Below, one piece after another: positions 52,829 to 62,368 of a DNA stretch of 64,000 bases (positions are counted from its first letter, which is position 1; every line of letters starts with the position of its first letter). The notes below the pieces were generated by a model. That model did not search any database. It was not told the origin of the DNA and worked only from the letters and a program-made list of their open reading frames with translations. Position numbers and translations under genes: made by a program. Source of the stretch: a virus; IMG/VR virus record IMGVR_UViG_3300029908_000016, positions 1 through 64,000 of that record. One strand, given 5' to 3'.

Positions 52829-53263
52829 ATGGGTACAAATTATTATAGCATTGTAAAGGAATCAGAAGAATGTCCTCACTGTAATCACAGTACTCCTCGA
52901 ACGGAAAAACATATTGGAAAATCCTCTTTTGGATGGTGTTTTCAATTACATGTTTATCCCGAAGAATCCATCAATAGTCTGAATGATTGGCTACCATATT
53001 TTGACAAATACATCATTGAAGATGAGTATGGAAAAACAGTTTCCAAAGAAGATATTCTGAGAATTATTACCGAACCTAAACGGTCGAATAATCGAAATAA
53101 TTCTTCATCACAAATAGGATCATCATTAATTCGAAGCCAATTTCTAGACCACTATCAGGCTGTCGAAGGGCCATATAATCTATTGAGATCAAGAATCGAT
53201 AATACTCATTGTATTGGGCATGGAGAAGGTACTTACGATTATATCGTAGGAGAATTTAGTTAA
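52829..53263 (+). CDS. conserved phage protein (MGTNYY...HIGKSS.GW.F family)
   Basis: Motif recognition. Confidence 0.7.
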   Translation: MGTNYYSIVKESEECPHCNHSTPRTEKHIGKSSFGWCFQLHVYPEESINSLNDWLPYFDKYIIEDEYGKTVSKEDILRIITEPKRSNNRNNSSSQIGSSLIRSQFLDHYQAVEGPYNLLRSRIDNTHCIGHGEGTYDYIVGEFS

Positions 53264-53273
53264 CCCCTCCCCA

Positions 53274-53309
53274 CCCCCCTTGGAGGATTAGGCTACAAAT
53301 TGGTATACT
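53274..53309 (+). promoter_or_regulatory. island-start promoter motif, copy 5
   Basis: CCCCCCT ... TTGGTATACT, TATACT at 53304-53309. Confidence 0.8.
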
Positions 53310-53341
53310 AGTATATCAGGAAAGGATTTATCTCTTGTGAG

Positions 53342-53764
53342 GTGAATTCTGGAAAACAAAAACAACGAAAGGATCATATGATTAATATCGACGAACTCAC
53401 ATTAAAAGATATCAAAGCAATTCAACAAATTGTTGTTCCAACGATTGGAACACCTAACCATAATACTAATCCAGATCAACCGTATCACCCAATGTTGGGT
53501 AAACGTTGTTTGGTACGTACTTACAGTGCAGGTGTACACATTGGGGATATCTCTTATGTGAACGGTATGGAAGTGAAATTGACAAATGCACTGCGCCTGT
53601 GGAAATGGGAAGGCGGCGGTTTGTCGTTGTCGGCAATTGCCAATGTTGGAATGAAAGGTGGACGTATCGACGTAACCAATGAAGTATACCTCACCAATGT
53701 AATCGAAATTATCCCCACAACCAAGGAAGCAGAAAAAACCTATGTCAAATTCATTGAAAAATAA
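53342..53764 (+). CDS. DUF6948-like protein
   Basis: LVRTYSAGVH.G...LTNALRLW.W.G..SLS.IA...IEIIP.T; start probably at the later ATG. Confidence 0.75.
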   Translation: MNSGKQKQRKDHMINIDELTLKDIKAIQQIVVPTIGTPNHNTNPDQPYHPMLGKRCLVRTYSAGVHIGDISYVNGMEVKLTNALRLWKWEGGGLSLSAIANVGMKGGRIDVTNEVYLTNVIEIIPTTKEAEKTYVKFIEK

Positions 53765-54065
53765 ACATCATGGCCACGATTTACATCATGGCCACGATTT
53801 AAAAGATGGCTCTGATGGCTCTGATGGCTCTGGCTCTGGCGATGGCTCTGGCTCTGGCTCTGGCGATGGCTCTGGCTCTGGCTATGGCTATGGCGAGGGC
53901 GAGGGCTCTGGCTATGGCTCTGGCTATGGCGATGGCTATGGCTATGGCGATGGCTATGGCTATGGCTCTGGCTATGGCTCTGGCTATGGCTCTGGCTCTG
54001 GCGATGGCTATGGCTATGGCTATGGCGATGGCTATGGCGATGGCGATGGCTCTGGCGGAGGTTAA
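53742..54065 (+). CDS. Gly-X repeat protein (GS/GD/GY)
   Basis: Hexamer microsatellite (TCT/GAT/TAT)GGC at 53805-54057, preceded by an 18-bp duplication at 53765-53800. Confidence 0.65.
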   Translation: MSNSLKNKHHGHDLHHGHDLKDGSDGSDGSGSGDGSGSGSGDGSGSGYGYGEGEGSGYGSGYGDGYGYGDGYGYGSGYGSGYGSGSGDGYGYGYGDGYGDGDGSGGG

Positions 54066-54069
54066 TGGC

Positions 54070-54109
54070 AAAATGAGGTTCCACCCCTCATTTTTTAGCT
54101 ATCAGACAG
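54070..54109 (+). terminator. island-end motif, copy 3
   Basis: AAAATGAGG-TTCCACC-CCTCATTTT-TTAGCTATCAGACAG. Confidence 0.85.
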
Positions 54110-55054
54110 CGGATTACGAAAATAACCCAAAGCATCCTTTCTCCGTTTATTATATAATAATTGGAGTATCTCCATATCGTTTCTGACCCTTCGATATAAC
54201 ATCGATGAACGCTCGGGTGTCCAGTGTACCCTGTACTGGTCTTTCAGAGTACCTGTCATCGGTTTACATAAATACCGTAAACAATTATCAAAATAACTCT
54301 TCGTCAATATCGGCTTACTTAAATTGTCCATACCCAAATCGTCAAAGTAGGATAAATCGAGCACAGACCCTTTTGGACAGGCGATTATACAATGAAGGTG
54401 TGAGGACCAGGTATTGTGCAGAAGATTCAAGCAGGAGGCTTCCTCGCTCCAAAGAGCACCCAGTAGATAACGATAACGAGTACGGGAATGTAGAAGATTA
54501 CTCAGTTTTACATGAATACGACGATTCTTGGAATGAAAATTCAATAATAAAGAATCAATATTCTGTAAATCAAAAACATGAAAATCGGATGGCTCACCAA
54601 ATGTTATATGATAAAAGTCCAATCCACTAGTCCAGTAACCAGAATATTTTCTCCAAAAAGATTGTTCAGCCCGAAAAGCACAACGAGGACAGTAACGAGA
54701 TTTACCACATGGACGATTAGGAGTAGTGTATCGATCAGGATATAAAGGATTAGTTCTCATCTCACAGCAAATACAACAGTCCCAAGTATAAGAATCCAGT
54801 AGATTAAAAGCTTGGTCTTCCAGTTTACCCACTTGATACCTTTTGGAATATCCTTTGTCCAATTGGATTAGATTACCGTTAACAATAGAATCAAGTATGC
54901 GATCATGGATTACAGGATCACGTTCGGACAGAAGATTCCAGCTATCACGTAGAGACTGGAAGTTTAGAAAGTTGAGATTTTCATACCCCCTAATATGTTC
55001 CGACGACGTATGTAGCTGTAAAGGCACTACAGGAGGTACAGTAAGAGAGGACAT
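54095..55054 (-). CDS. rolling-circle replication initiator-like HUH endonuclease
   Basis: Zn site C..C / CG...CPRC, motif I HITF, motif II HLHCII, motif III YLCK. Confidence 0.7.
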   Translation of the reverse strand: MSSLTVPPVVPLQLHTSSEHIRGYENLNFLNFQSLRDSWNLLSERDPVIHDRILDSIVNGNLIQLDKGYSKRYQVGKLEDQAFNLLDSYTWDCCICCEMRTNPLYPDRYTTPNRPCGKSRYCPRCAFRAEQSFWRKYSGYWTSGLDFYHITFGEPSDFHVFDLQNIDSLLLNFHSKNRRIHVKLSNLLHSRTRYRYLLGALWSEEASCLNLLHNTWSSHLHCIIACPKGSVLDLSYFDDLGMDNLSKPILTKSYFDNCLRYLCKPMTGTLKDQYRVHWTPERSSMLYRRVRNDMEILQLLYNKRRKDALGYFRNPLSDS

Positions 55055-55838
55055 ACGAAGTCGAGCAATATAATGGGGAAACGGCTGTTAAGCAAGATAG
55101 AGGTATAGAAAGAGTAAGAATAGCTATTCGACAGAGAGGTAAGCTGGAACTATTCGATTAACCAAGTAAACGGCAGGCCTGCGAAAAGTAGAGAATGGAA
55201 AATAAAGTTTAGCTTAGAAAGAGCTATAAAATAGGGGCTGAGACTAATCATTGGCCAACTAATCTAGTACTACATATATAAGGTATATAATATTCTATAA
55301 AGACAGGTATACCGAATTGCTTGAAAAACATTCGTTAGATATAGTTTTATTGAGTTTATTTAATGTAAATAAGGCAGTTGACAACATATGTATTCAGATT
55401 TACGTTAATGTAAAAACACTAATTCAGTGGATGGTTAATACAAGTTAAGTATATACATAAAATTTGACTGTGGTGCCTTTATACGTATATTCAACAATGC
55501 ATAAATCTTATATCGTACTTCCAGATATCGTAGAATTGACTAGGGATAATTTAGCAGAGTTTTATAAAACATTTGTCAAAGTTACACGTATCCCATTATT
55601 TAAATCGTCAATAACAGATCACCTAATAACTGTACAATTTTCGGATAAACATATTTTGGATATGTTGAGCTTTTGTCCTATTGAGGACATTTCAAAAGTA
55701 GACCCACTTAGGCAAGAATTTCAAAAATGTAATCCTACAGTATTTGGTGTACCTGTTTCTGTGGAGGGTAATTATACAGCTATTATTTTCCAATATGGCA
55801 TTTGACAGCTATAAATATAAGGTTAGATTGTAGAACTT

Positions 55839-56903
55839 ATGAAATTTGCTTTTAAAGAACAGCGGTCGATTGTTGAAAAGTCTATAGAACGAGTATTCGC
55901 ATTATTGTCAAACAATCCTTATAGTAAACCTACACTTTATCTATCTGGCCCAATGTCTGGTAAGCCTGACCATAACTTTCCAGAGTTTAATCGGTTGGCT
56001 AAACATTTCCGTGAGCAAGGGTTTTTCGTATTAAACCCAGCCGAGAATTTTGATGGTGTAACCAATCTTCCTTACGAAACACATTTTCTGGAAGATGTTG
56101 TATTGTTATTGTTTGCTACTCACATTTATATGCTGGATGGTTGGGAGACATCAAGAGGAGCTTATTGTGAATATCTGTTATCTCGTAGATTAAATCATAT
56201 ATTTGTTGATGTTAATGGATTACGCATTGACCCACCACCAGCTAGGGAAACCGCAAAGGATATTGCTACAACAGGATTTATTAATGTTTTAGAACCAAGT
56301 ACCGACAAGTTGACTAAGGATATAGCTGATGCAGTCAATAAACGTTTACGGGAATACGCCTTTCAAGAAAAGAAAAATGAACATGTTGAGAATACAATAA
56401 CAACAGCTAATAAACAGTTTTTTAAGAATTGTAGTATTGAAGATTATGAAGTTTTCAATGCTAGGTTAAATAATCGGGTCAAAGAGTTATTGGTTGAAAA
56501 CGAAAAGCTAAAAAAGGAAAGAGATGAATTTAAGAAGGCATTAGATGTAGCATTATTGGAAAATGTAGGTAATGCTTTATTGGAGATATCTGCTGTTTCT
56601 AAAGAGGAAGAGAAATCATTAGCTCAACAATCAATAGATATTGTTAATAAAGCTCGCTCTGCTCAATATGGTAATCCTAAAGATGATTTCTTAAGAACGG
56701 TAGGAATGTTAAATTCATTAGGTTATCGTTTTGAGACACCTACAGGAGAGATTAAGAACTTAGATTGTTATGATTTTCCAATAATTATGAACGTTGTAAA
56801 ATTATCTAGATTGGTTCATACCATTAATAAAGAAACATTTCATAAGGATTCGGTATTAGATATTCATGGTTATATGAATACATTAGAAATGTTGTATAAG
56901 TAG
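55839..56903 (-). other. placeholder check: no minus-strand gene called here
   Basis: See the + strand CDS at the same coordinates; the ORF track lists no minus-strand ORF in this interval. Confidence 0.05.
55839..56903 (+). CDS. DUF4406 (nucleoside deoxyribosyltransferase-like) + coiled coil + DUF6378-like fusion
   Basis: YLSGPMSG.P.HNFPEF...LNPAE...LDGWETSRGA..E; R.AQYGNP.DDF...KLSR...DS.LDI.GY; upstream TTGACA-17-TAGATT. Confidence 0.8.
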   Translation: MKFAFKEQRSIVEKSIERVFALLSNNPYSKPTLYLSGPMSGKPDHNFPEFNRLAKHFREQGFFVLNPAENFDGVTNLPYETHFLEDVVLLLFATHIYMLDGWETSRGAYCEYLLSRRLNHIFVDVNGLRIDPPPARETAKDIATTGFINVLEPSTDKLTKDIADAVNKRLREYAFQEKKNEHVENTITTANKQFFKNCSIEDYEVFNARLNNRVKELLVENEKLKKERDEFKKALDVALLENVGNALLEISAVSKEEEKSLAQQSIDIVNKARSAQYGNPKDDFLRTVGMLNSLGYRFETPTGEIKNLDCYDFPIIMNVVKLSRLVHTINKETFHKDSVLDIHGYMNTLEMLYK

Positions 56904-56943
56904 TAAATAACCTTGATTTCTACCCTTATGGTTAAGTTATAAT

Positions 56944-57252
56944 TTGAGCATGGCCAAATTGGACTTAACCAAGCTAAAGAAAATCAAGTCACATACTTTT
57001 GCAGGTAAAAAGTATAAGGTAAAAGTCAAATACCTTCCACCTGACCGGATGGCTCAATGTGATCATCCGGAAACAAAAGAAAAAGCCATTATTATCGATC
57101 CCCGACATCACGAAGAAAGGGATTTACTAAAATCCCTTTTGGATGAATCTCTACATTGTTTTGATTTTCGAATTGAAAATGATGTTGTCGATAAATTTGC
57201 TTTGGATATAGCAAATTTTTTAATTAGAGCAGGATTTGGATTAAAGAATTAA
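56944..57252 (+). CDS. small zincin-like hypothetical protein
   Basis: CD.P....I.ID...LLDESLH (degenerate HExxH). Confidence 0.45.
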   Translation: MSMAKLDLTKLKKIKSHTFAGKKYKVKVKYLPPDRMAQCDHPETKEKAIIIDPRHHEERDLLKSLLDESLHCFDFRIENDVVDKFALDIANFLIRAGFGLKN

Positions 57253-57504
57253 GCTTCTTCAAAAAACCGATTAACAGATTCAAGTTTTGAGTTTTCCAGA
57301 GATTCAAGCATTTCCATAATCTTATAATCTTCGGTATTGGATTTTTTACAAAGTTCAACAAACGATTGAATGAGTTCTTCGTCAGCAAATTTATAAAGAC
57401 TACCGTTTGCTTTTTTCGTTAAATCCATAAATGAATGATAACATTGTTTTTTGTAAACACAACACAGACTTGTGGACATTGCTAAAATACGCTAACTTTA
57501 AATA

Positions 57505-60471
57505 ATGTCCGATACTCATAAAGTTGTTCTCGATCATGGCAAGTTGGCAAAATCTCCAATTGATAAAAAATCCGATTATAGTTTTTTATCCCCTTCTTCG
57601 TTTTTCTCACCAACTACCAATTTGATTCCTCAGTTGTCAGGTATATCCGGTGGTCGTGTATTATTGGGGGACAAAGCTAGCCTACAGGCAATATCGTTAG
57701 TGCACCGTGAAGCCCCTTTAGTCAAATCACGTAATGAAGAAACTGACGAATCATTTGTAAAAGAATATGCCAAACCAATGGCAGCTGTTTTTTCGAAAGT
57801 TAAGGGAAAGGTAAACAGTATAAAAGATAACATAATTATGGTTGGTGACACTCCACACCATATTTACGACAATTTCCTGACGGGACATAAAAGCTTCATT
57901 CATCATGAGCCGATTGTAAAAGTTGGAGATGAGGTTAAAGAAGGTGATTTATTAGCCAAAAGTAACTTTACAGATTCCCACGGTAATTTGGCGTTGGGAG
58001 TCAATTTAACAACTGCTGTCATGCCTTATCGTTCTTCGAATTACGAAGATGCGTATGTTATTACCGAGGCAGGTGCTAAGAAACTGGCAGGTGAGCAAAT
58101 GATTCCCCTGACGGTTGAAAAGGAAAGAGGGCTGGATTTCAATAAGAATAAATATATTTCGTTGTTCCCCAATAAATACGTCAATTCTCAACTTGAAAAT
58201 GTTGATTCTGATGGTGTGATTAAAAAGGGTACAACGGTAAAGAACGGTGACCCGTTGCTTTTGAGCTTCGAACCCAGAACATTGAGAACGACCGATGCGC
58301 AGCTTGGTAATATTTCAGGTATATTAAAGAACGCATTTTCTGATCGTTCACAAAAATGGGAATATGATTCTCCGGGTGAAGTAATGGATGTGGCAAAGAC
58401 TAATAAATTGGTCACGATTACTATAAAAACGAGAAGACCGATATCAGTGGCAGACAAGCTATCCGTAAGTGCTGGTGCAAAAGGTGTGGTTGGCGCGATA
58501 CTATCGGATAGTCAATCCCCAGTAACGAAAGATGGAAAACCAGTAGATATTATCTTGAATTCCATGTCCGTTGTTTCGCGGGTAGCTCCAGGGTTGTTAA
58601 CATCGATAGCTTTAGGTAAAGTTGCTCAAAAAACTGGTAGAGCACTATCTATTAATGGCTTTGATGAAAAGTCGAATATTGATAATGCACAAAAGATATT
58701 AAAAGAAAACGGCTTGCATGAAATGGAGGATATTTATGATCCACTATCAAACAAGCATTTGAACGTAATGGTGGGACCAATGTACGTTACTCGCCTACAT
58801 CATATATCGGAAGATAAAGCCTCAAGTAGAGGGCAGGGAGGCAGTTACGATATCAATATGCAACCTGCAAAAGTATCAGGAGGTGATAAGAGTAAACGAC
58901 TAGGTAATCTAGGTACGAATATTTTAATATCTAGAAACATGCGTCATGTTCTCGAAGACGCAGGAACAATACGGGGAACAAAAAATGATGAATATTGGCG
59001 TAAATTGAAATTAGGTGAAGATTTACCAAATCCAGAAGTTCCATTTATTTTCAATAAATTTATTTCTCATCTTGAAGGAGCAGGTATAAAAGTACAACGG
59101 GATGGTACTCGGTTTAATGTACTACCTCAAACAAATAAGGATGTTGAAAATTTATCAAAAGCAGAGATTGAAAATGCTAATATATATAAATTAAAAGCTG
59201 GTGAATTGATACCTGAGGAGGGAGGTTTATTTGATGTTAATAAAGTAGGTATTGGAGGAGATAACTATACACATATTAATTTGAAGTACCCGGTTATTAA
59301 TCCAATTACTGAGGATTATATTCGTAAGACCTTAAATATCACAAAAGATAAATTTAATGATCTGGTAGGCAAAGGACAATTGATCGATTTATTAAAGTCA
59401 ATCAACTTAGATAGTAAAATCAAAGAATTAGAAAAAGATATTAAATCGGCTAGAAAATCAGACAGGGATAATAAACTAAAGGTCTTGGCTTTTCTTAAAA
59501 ATCTAAAGAACAATAACATTGATCTTAAAGATTTGATCATCAATAAAATACCGGTAATACCTGCAAAATTTCGTCCACTGGTTGTACAAGGAGGAAGAGT
59601 AATATCATCTGGTGTTAATGAGTTATACAGAGATTTAATGTTAGTGAATCAAAGCACTGACGGATTGCCAGAAGATATAGCTGAAGGAGTCAGGCGCAAA
59701 CAATACGATGGAGTAAAAGCTGTTTATGGATTAGGTAGCCCAATTTCTACAAGAAATGAAAAAAAGAATTTTAAAGGATTATTGGCATCTGCTTTAGGCT
59801 TACAAGGAGGCTCAGCTAAAGGTAGTATGTTCCAATCAAAGGTTGTCAATAAACCTTTGGATCTAACTGGTAGGGCAGTCTTAACTACGGATTCAAATTT
59901 GGATATTGATGAAGTATCTTTACCTCATGAAGCTGTTTGGAAAAGTTATAGCCCTTTTGTAATTCGTCGATTAGTACAATCAGGGTTACCCGCTGTACAT
60001 GCAAAAGAATATGTTGAAAATAAACATCCTATTGCAAGGGAGCATTTATTGGATGAATTAAAGGATCGACCGATTAATGTTATTCGTGATCCTCAAATTG
60101 CCTTACATTCAAGTCAGGGGTTTTTTGTTAAGATGAATTCCGATCCAAAAGATACGTCGATTAAGTTGAATCCCCTTCTTAGTAAAGGATTCGCATACGA
60201 TCTTGATGGAGATGCGTTAACATACTTCGTACCTTCTAGTGAGAAAGCCAAGGATGAAATTAAGAACAAAATGCTACCATCCAAAAATCTACTTTTTCCT
60301 AGAAATTTTGGGCCTGCCTATATACCTTCCAATGAATCCGCTTTAGGTTTATATCAGGCTTCTACACTGAATAATAAGAATAATCCCAGAAAATTTAATA
60401 ACGTAGACGAAGTGAGGAAGGCTTATGAAAAAGGAGAGTTGCATCTAGGCGATAATGTATTATTGTCTTAG
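57505..60471 (+). CDS. RNA polymerase beta C-terminal / beta' N-terminal fusion with catalytic site
   Basis: beta: NLIP, LALGVN, NYEDA, DKL..GAKGVV, PVDIILN, RLHH..DK; beta': GGLFD, IPVIP..FRP, KPLDLTGRAV, AYDLDGD at 60193-60213. Confidence 0.93.
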   Translation: MSDTHKVVLDHGKLAKSPIDKKSDYSFLSPSSFFSPTTNLIPQLSGISGGRVLLGDKASLQAISLVHREAPLVKSRNEETDESFVKEYAKPMAAVFSKVKGKVNSIKDNIIMVGDTPHHIYDNFLTGHKSFIHHEPIVKVGDEVKEGDLLAKSNFTDSHGNLALGVNLTTAVMPYRSSNYEDAYVITEAGAKKLAGEQMIPLTVEKERGLDFNKNKYISLFPNKYVNSQLENVDSDGVIKKGTTVKNGDPLLLSFEPRTLRTTDAQLGNISGILKNAFSDRSQKWEYDSPGEVMDVAKTNKLVTITIKTRRPISVADKLSVSAGAKGVVGAILSDSQSPVTKDGKPVDIILNSMSVVSRVAPGLLTSIALGKVAQKTGRALSINGFDEKSNIDNAQKILKENGLHEMEDIYDPLSNKHLNVMVGPMYVTRLHHISEDKASSRGQGGSYDINMQPAKVSGGDKSKRLGNLGTNILISRNMRHVLEDAGTIRGTKNDEYWRKLKLGEDLPNPEVPFIFNKFISHLEGAGIKVQRDGTRFNVLPQTNKDVENLSKAEIENANIYKLKAGELIPEEGGLFDVNKVGIGGDNYTHINLKYPVINPITEDYIRKTLNITKDKFNDLVGKGQLIDLLKSINLDSKIKELEKDIKSARKSDRDNKLKVLAFLKNLKNNNIDLKDLIINKIPVIPAKFRPLVVQGGRVISSGVNELYRDLMLVNQSTDGLPEDIAEGVRRKQYDGVKAVYGLGSPISTRNEKKNFKGLLASALGLQGGSAKGSMFQSKVVNKPLDLTGRAVLTTDSNLDIDEVSLPHEAVWKSYSPFVIRRLVQSGLPAVHAKEYVENKHPIAREHLLDELKDRPINVIRDPQIALHSSQGFFVKMNSDPKDTSIKLNPLLSKGFAYDLDGDALTYFVPSSEKAKDEIKNKMLPSKNLLFPRNFGPAYIPSNESALGLYQASTLNNKNNPRKFNNVDEVRKAYEKGELHLGDNVLLS

Positions 60472-62113
60472 TTATATGATTAGAAACGATTTAACAAAAG
60501 AAAAATATGGTTATGTTTTTTCTGATCTAGGTAAATATTCAAGAAATTTTTTAATTTTCCAATGCGACTCTTGTGGGGAAATTATCGAAAAAATTCGAAA
60601 AAATTTTAGAAAGTGGTTTACACTTGAAGATAAGGCTTTCTGTACTAAATGTATGGCAGCGGCCAGAGAGTATGGAATAGCTAAAAAATATACTTCTTAC
60701 GAAGAATACTTAAATACAAGACATCAAAATTTAAAAAAGAATAATTTAGCTAAATATGGAGTAGAAAATGTTTCCCAGTTATCGGAAATTAAGGAAAAAA
60801 AGGTAAATACTTTTTTAAAAAATTATAATCATACCTCCTATATACAATCCGAAGAAGGCAAAAAACATAGAGAAGCAAGACTTTTGGAAGTTTACGGGGT
60901 TAAAAATTGCTCTCAAAGTGATGTGATAAAAGACAAAAAAGAAAAAACTTTTCTAAATAGATACAACGTTAAAAATATTTTTCAAGATGAGGCGATCAAA
61001 CAAAATATACAAAAATATTTTTTAGATAATTATAATGTCGTAAATCCTAGTCAAATACCTGAAGTACAGAATAAAAAAGAAATATCCTGTTTAAAGAGTA
61101 CGGGTTATAAACATAATTTCATAAATCCTGTTATAAGAGAAAAGTCTAGAAAAGGTTGTCTGGCTACAGGTCGTTGGAAATTTCCTGAAGAAGGTTATGT
61201 TAAGAAAATTGCCGAGGAAAAAGGTATAAGTACTGAGACTTTTTATAGTTTTGTCAGAAGATTCGGTGTCGAGCAATTCGAGGAAAGTTTTCGACTGCGA
61301 ATGACAAAAATCGAATTTGTCGTTAAGCAATTTTTAGAGAGTCTCAAGATGCCTTATATATTTAATAAGAGAATAACTACAGATTGCAACCCTAACAAAA
61401 ATAAGAAATTTAGTAGACCTGATTTTATCGTACCTAGTAACAGGGTAATTATAGAATGTGATGGTTTATTTTGGCATTGTGATAAATTTAGAGATAAAGA
61501 TTATCATGTTGATCGCAGAAAATATTTTGTTGATAATAATTATTTTCCGTTATTCTTTAGAGAACATGAAATTTTACATCATCAAAAAATTGTCGAATCC
61601 ATCATTAAAAATAGATTAAATTTAATTACAAATAGAATATTTGCCCGAAAGACTACTTTAAAGGTAGTTGAATTCGAAGAAGCAAAATTGTTTTTTACAA
61701 ATAATCATTTGATGGGTAAGGGGTTGGGTGAAACATTGGGCCTTTATTCTAACGACCGCCTAGTGTTAGCCATGCAATATAGATGGAAAAATAAACAAGA
61801 TAGGTTGCTAGAGATATCGAGGCTTTGCCCTCTGATAGACCATTCGATTATAGGCGGATATTCCAAATTATTAAAATTTCTGATAAAGTTAGAACACCCC
61901 AAACAAGTTGTTAATTTTATAGATAAAAGATATGGTGATGGTAATTACTTATCGCAATTCGGGTTTGTAAAGGAGTCAGAGTTCATCAGTTTTCAATGGA
62001 CTGATTTTATACATACTTTTCATCGTATGAAGTATCCTTCTAATTCCGGTTATGATAACGGGTTGTATAAGATTTGGGATTGTGGTCAAGCCAAATATGT
62101 ACTAACGTTGTAA
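60455..62113 (+). CDS. Hef-like free-standing homing endonuclease
   Basis: Zn finger, KYGV/YNV repeats, RPDF...IECDGLFWH, IFARKT...IWDCGQ motifs. Confidence 0.8.
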   Translation: MYYCLSYMIRNDLTKEKYGYVFSDLGKYSRNFLIFQCDSCGEIIEKIRKNFRKWFTLEDKAFCTKCMAAAREYGIAKKYTSYEEYLNTRHQNLKKNNLAKYGVENVSQLSEIKEKKVNTFLKNYNHTSYIQSEEGKKHREARLLEVYGVKNCSQSDVIKDKKEKTFLNRYNVKNIFQDEAIKQNIQKYFLDNYNVVNPSQIPEVQNKKEISCLKSTGYKHNFINPVIREKSRKGCLATGRWKFPEEGYVKKIAEEKGISTETFYSFVRRFGVEQFEESFRLRMTKIEFVVKQFLESLKMPYIFNKRITTDCNPNKNKKFSRPDFIVPSNRVIIECDGLFWHCDKFRDKDYHVDRRKYFVDNNYFPLFFREHEILHHQKIVESIIKNRLNLITNRIFARKTTLKVVEFEEAKLFFTNNHLMGKGLGETLGLYSNDRLVLAMQYRWKNKQDRLLEISRLCPLIDHSIIGGYSKLLKFLIKLEHPKQVVNFIDKRYGDGNYLSQFGFVKESEFISFQWTDFIHTFHRMKYPSNSGYDNGLYKIWDCGQAKYVLTL

Positions 62114-62368
62114 GAGATATGCTTTATTCAGAATGGAACGAAAAGACGATTGAGGAGCGCACGACGCTTCTTCGTTCTTGGTTACATGAACTGATTGAGT
62201 TGAATAAAAATATCGCTAATCCCATATCTGAATATTATACTAAACATAGGCGTCGAACTGTTTTGCGAAAGAATATTCGCGAGGTTTCCAGCTATATGAG
62301 ATTGAATTACAGACCCGAAGAAATTATTTACGAAGAAGAGCAAGAAGACAATTCACGAAAAAAAGAAT

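Noticed and set aside
53740-54186. ORFs encoding poly-SH, poly-AI and poly-MA
   Set aside because: Alternative frames of the hexamer repeat; only the Gly-X frame is a plausible product
54205-54630. 141-aa + strand ORF
   Set aside because: Antisense to the Rep-like gene with no recognisable motifs
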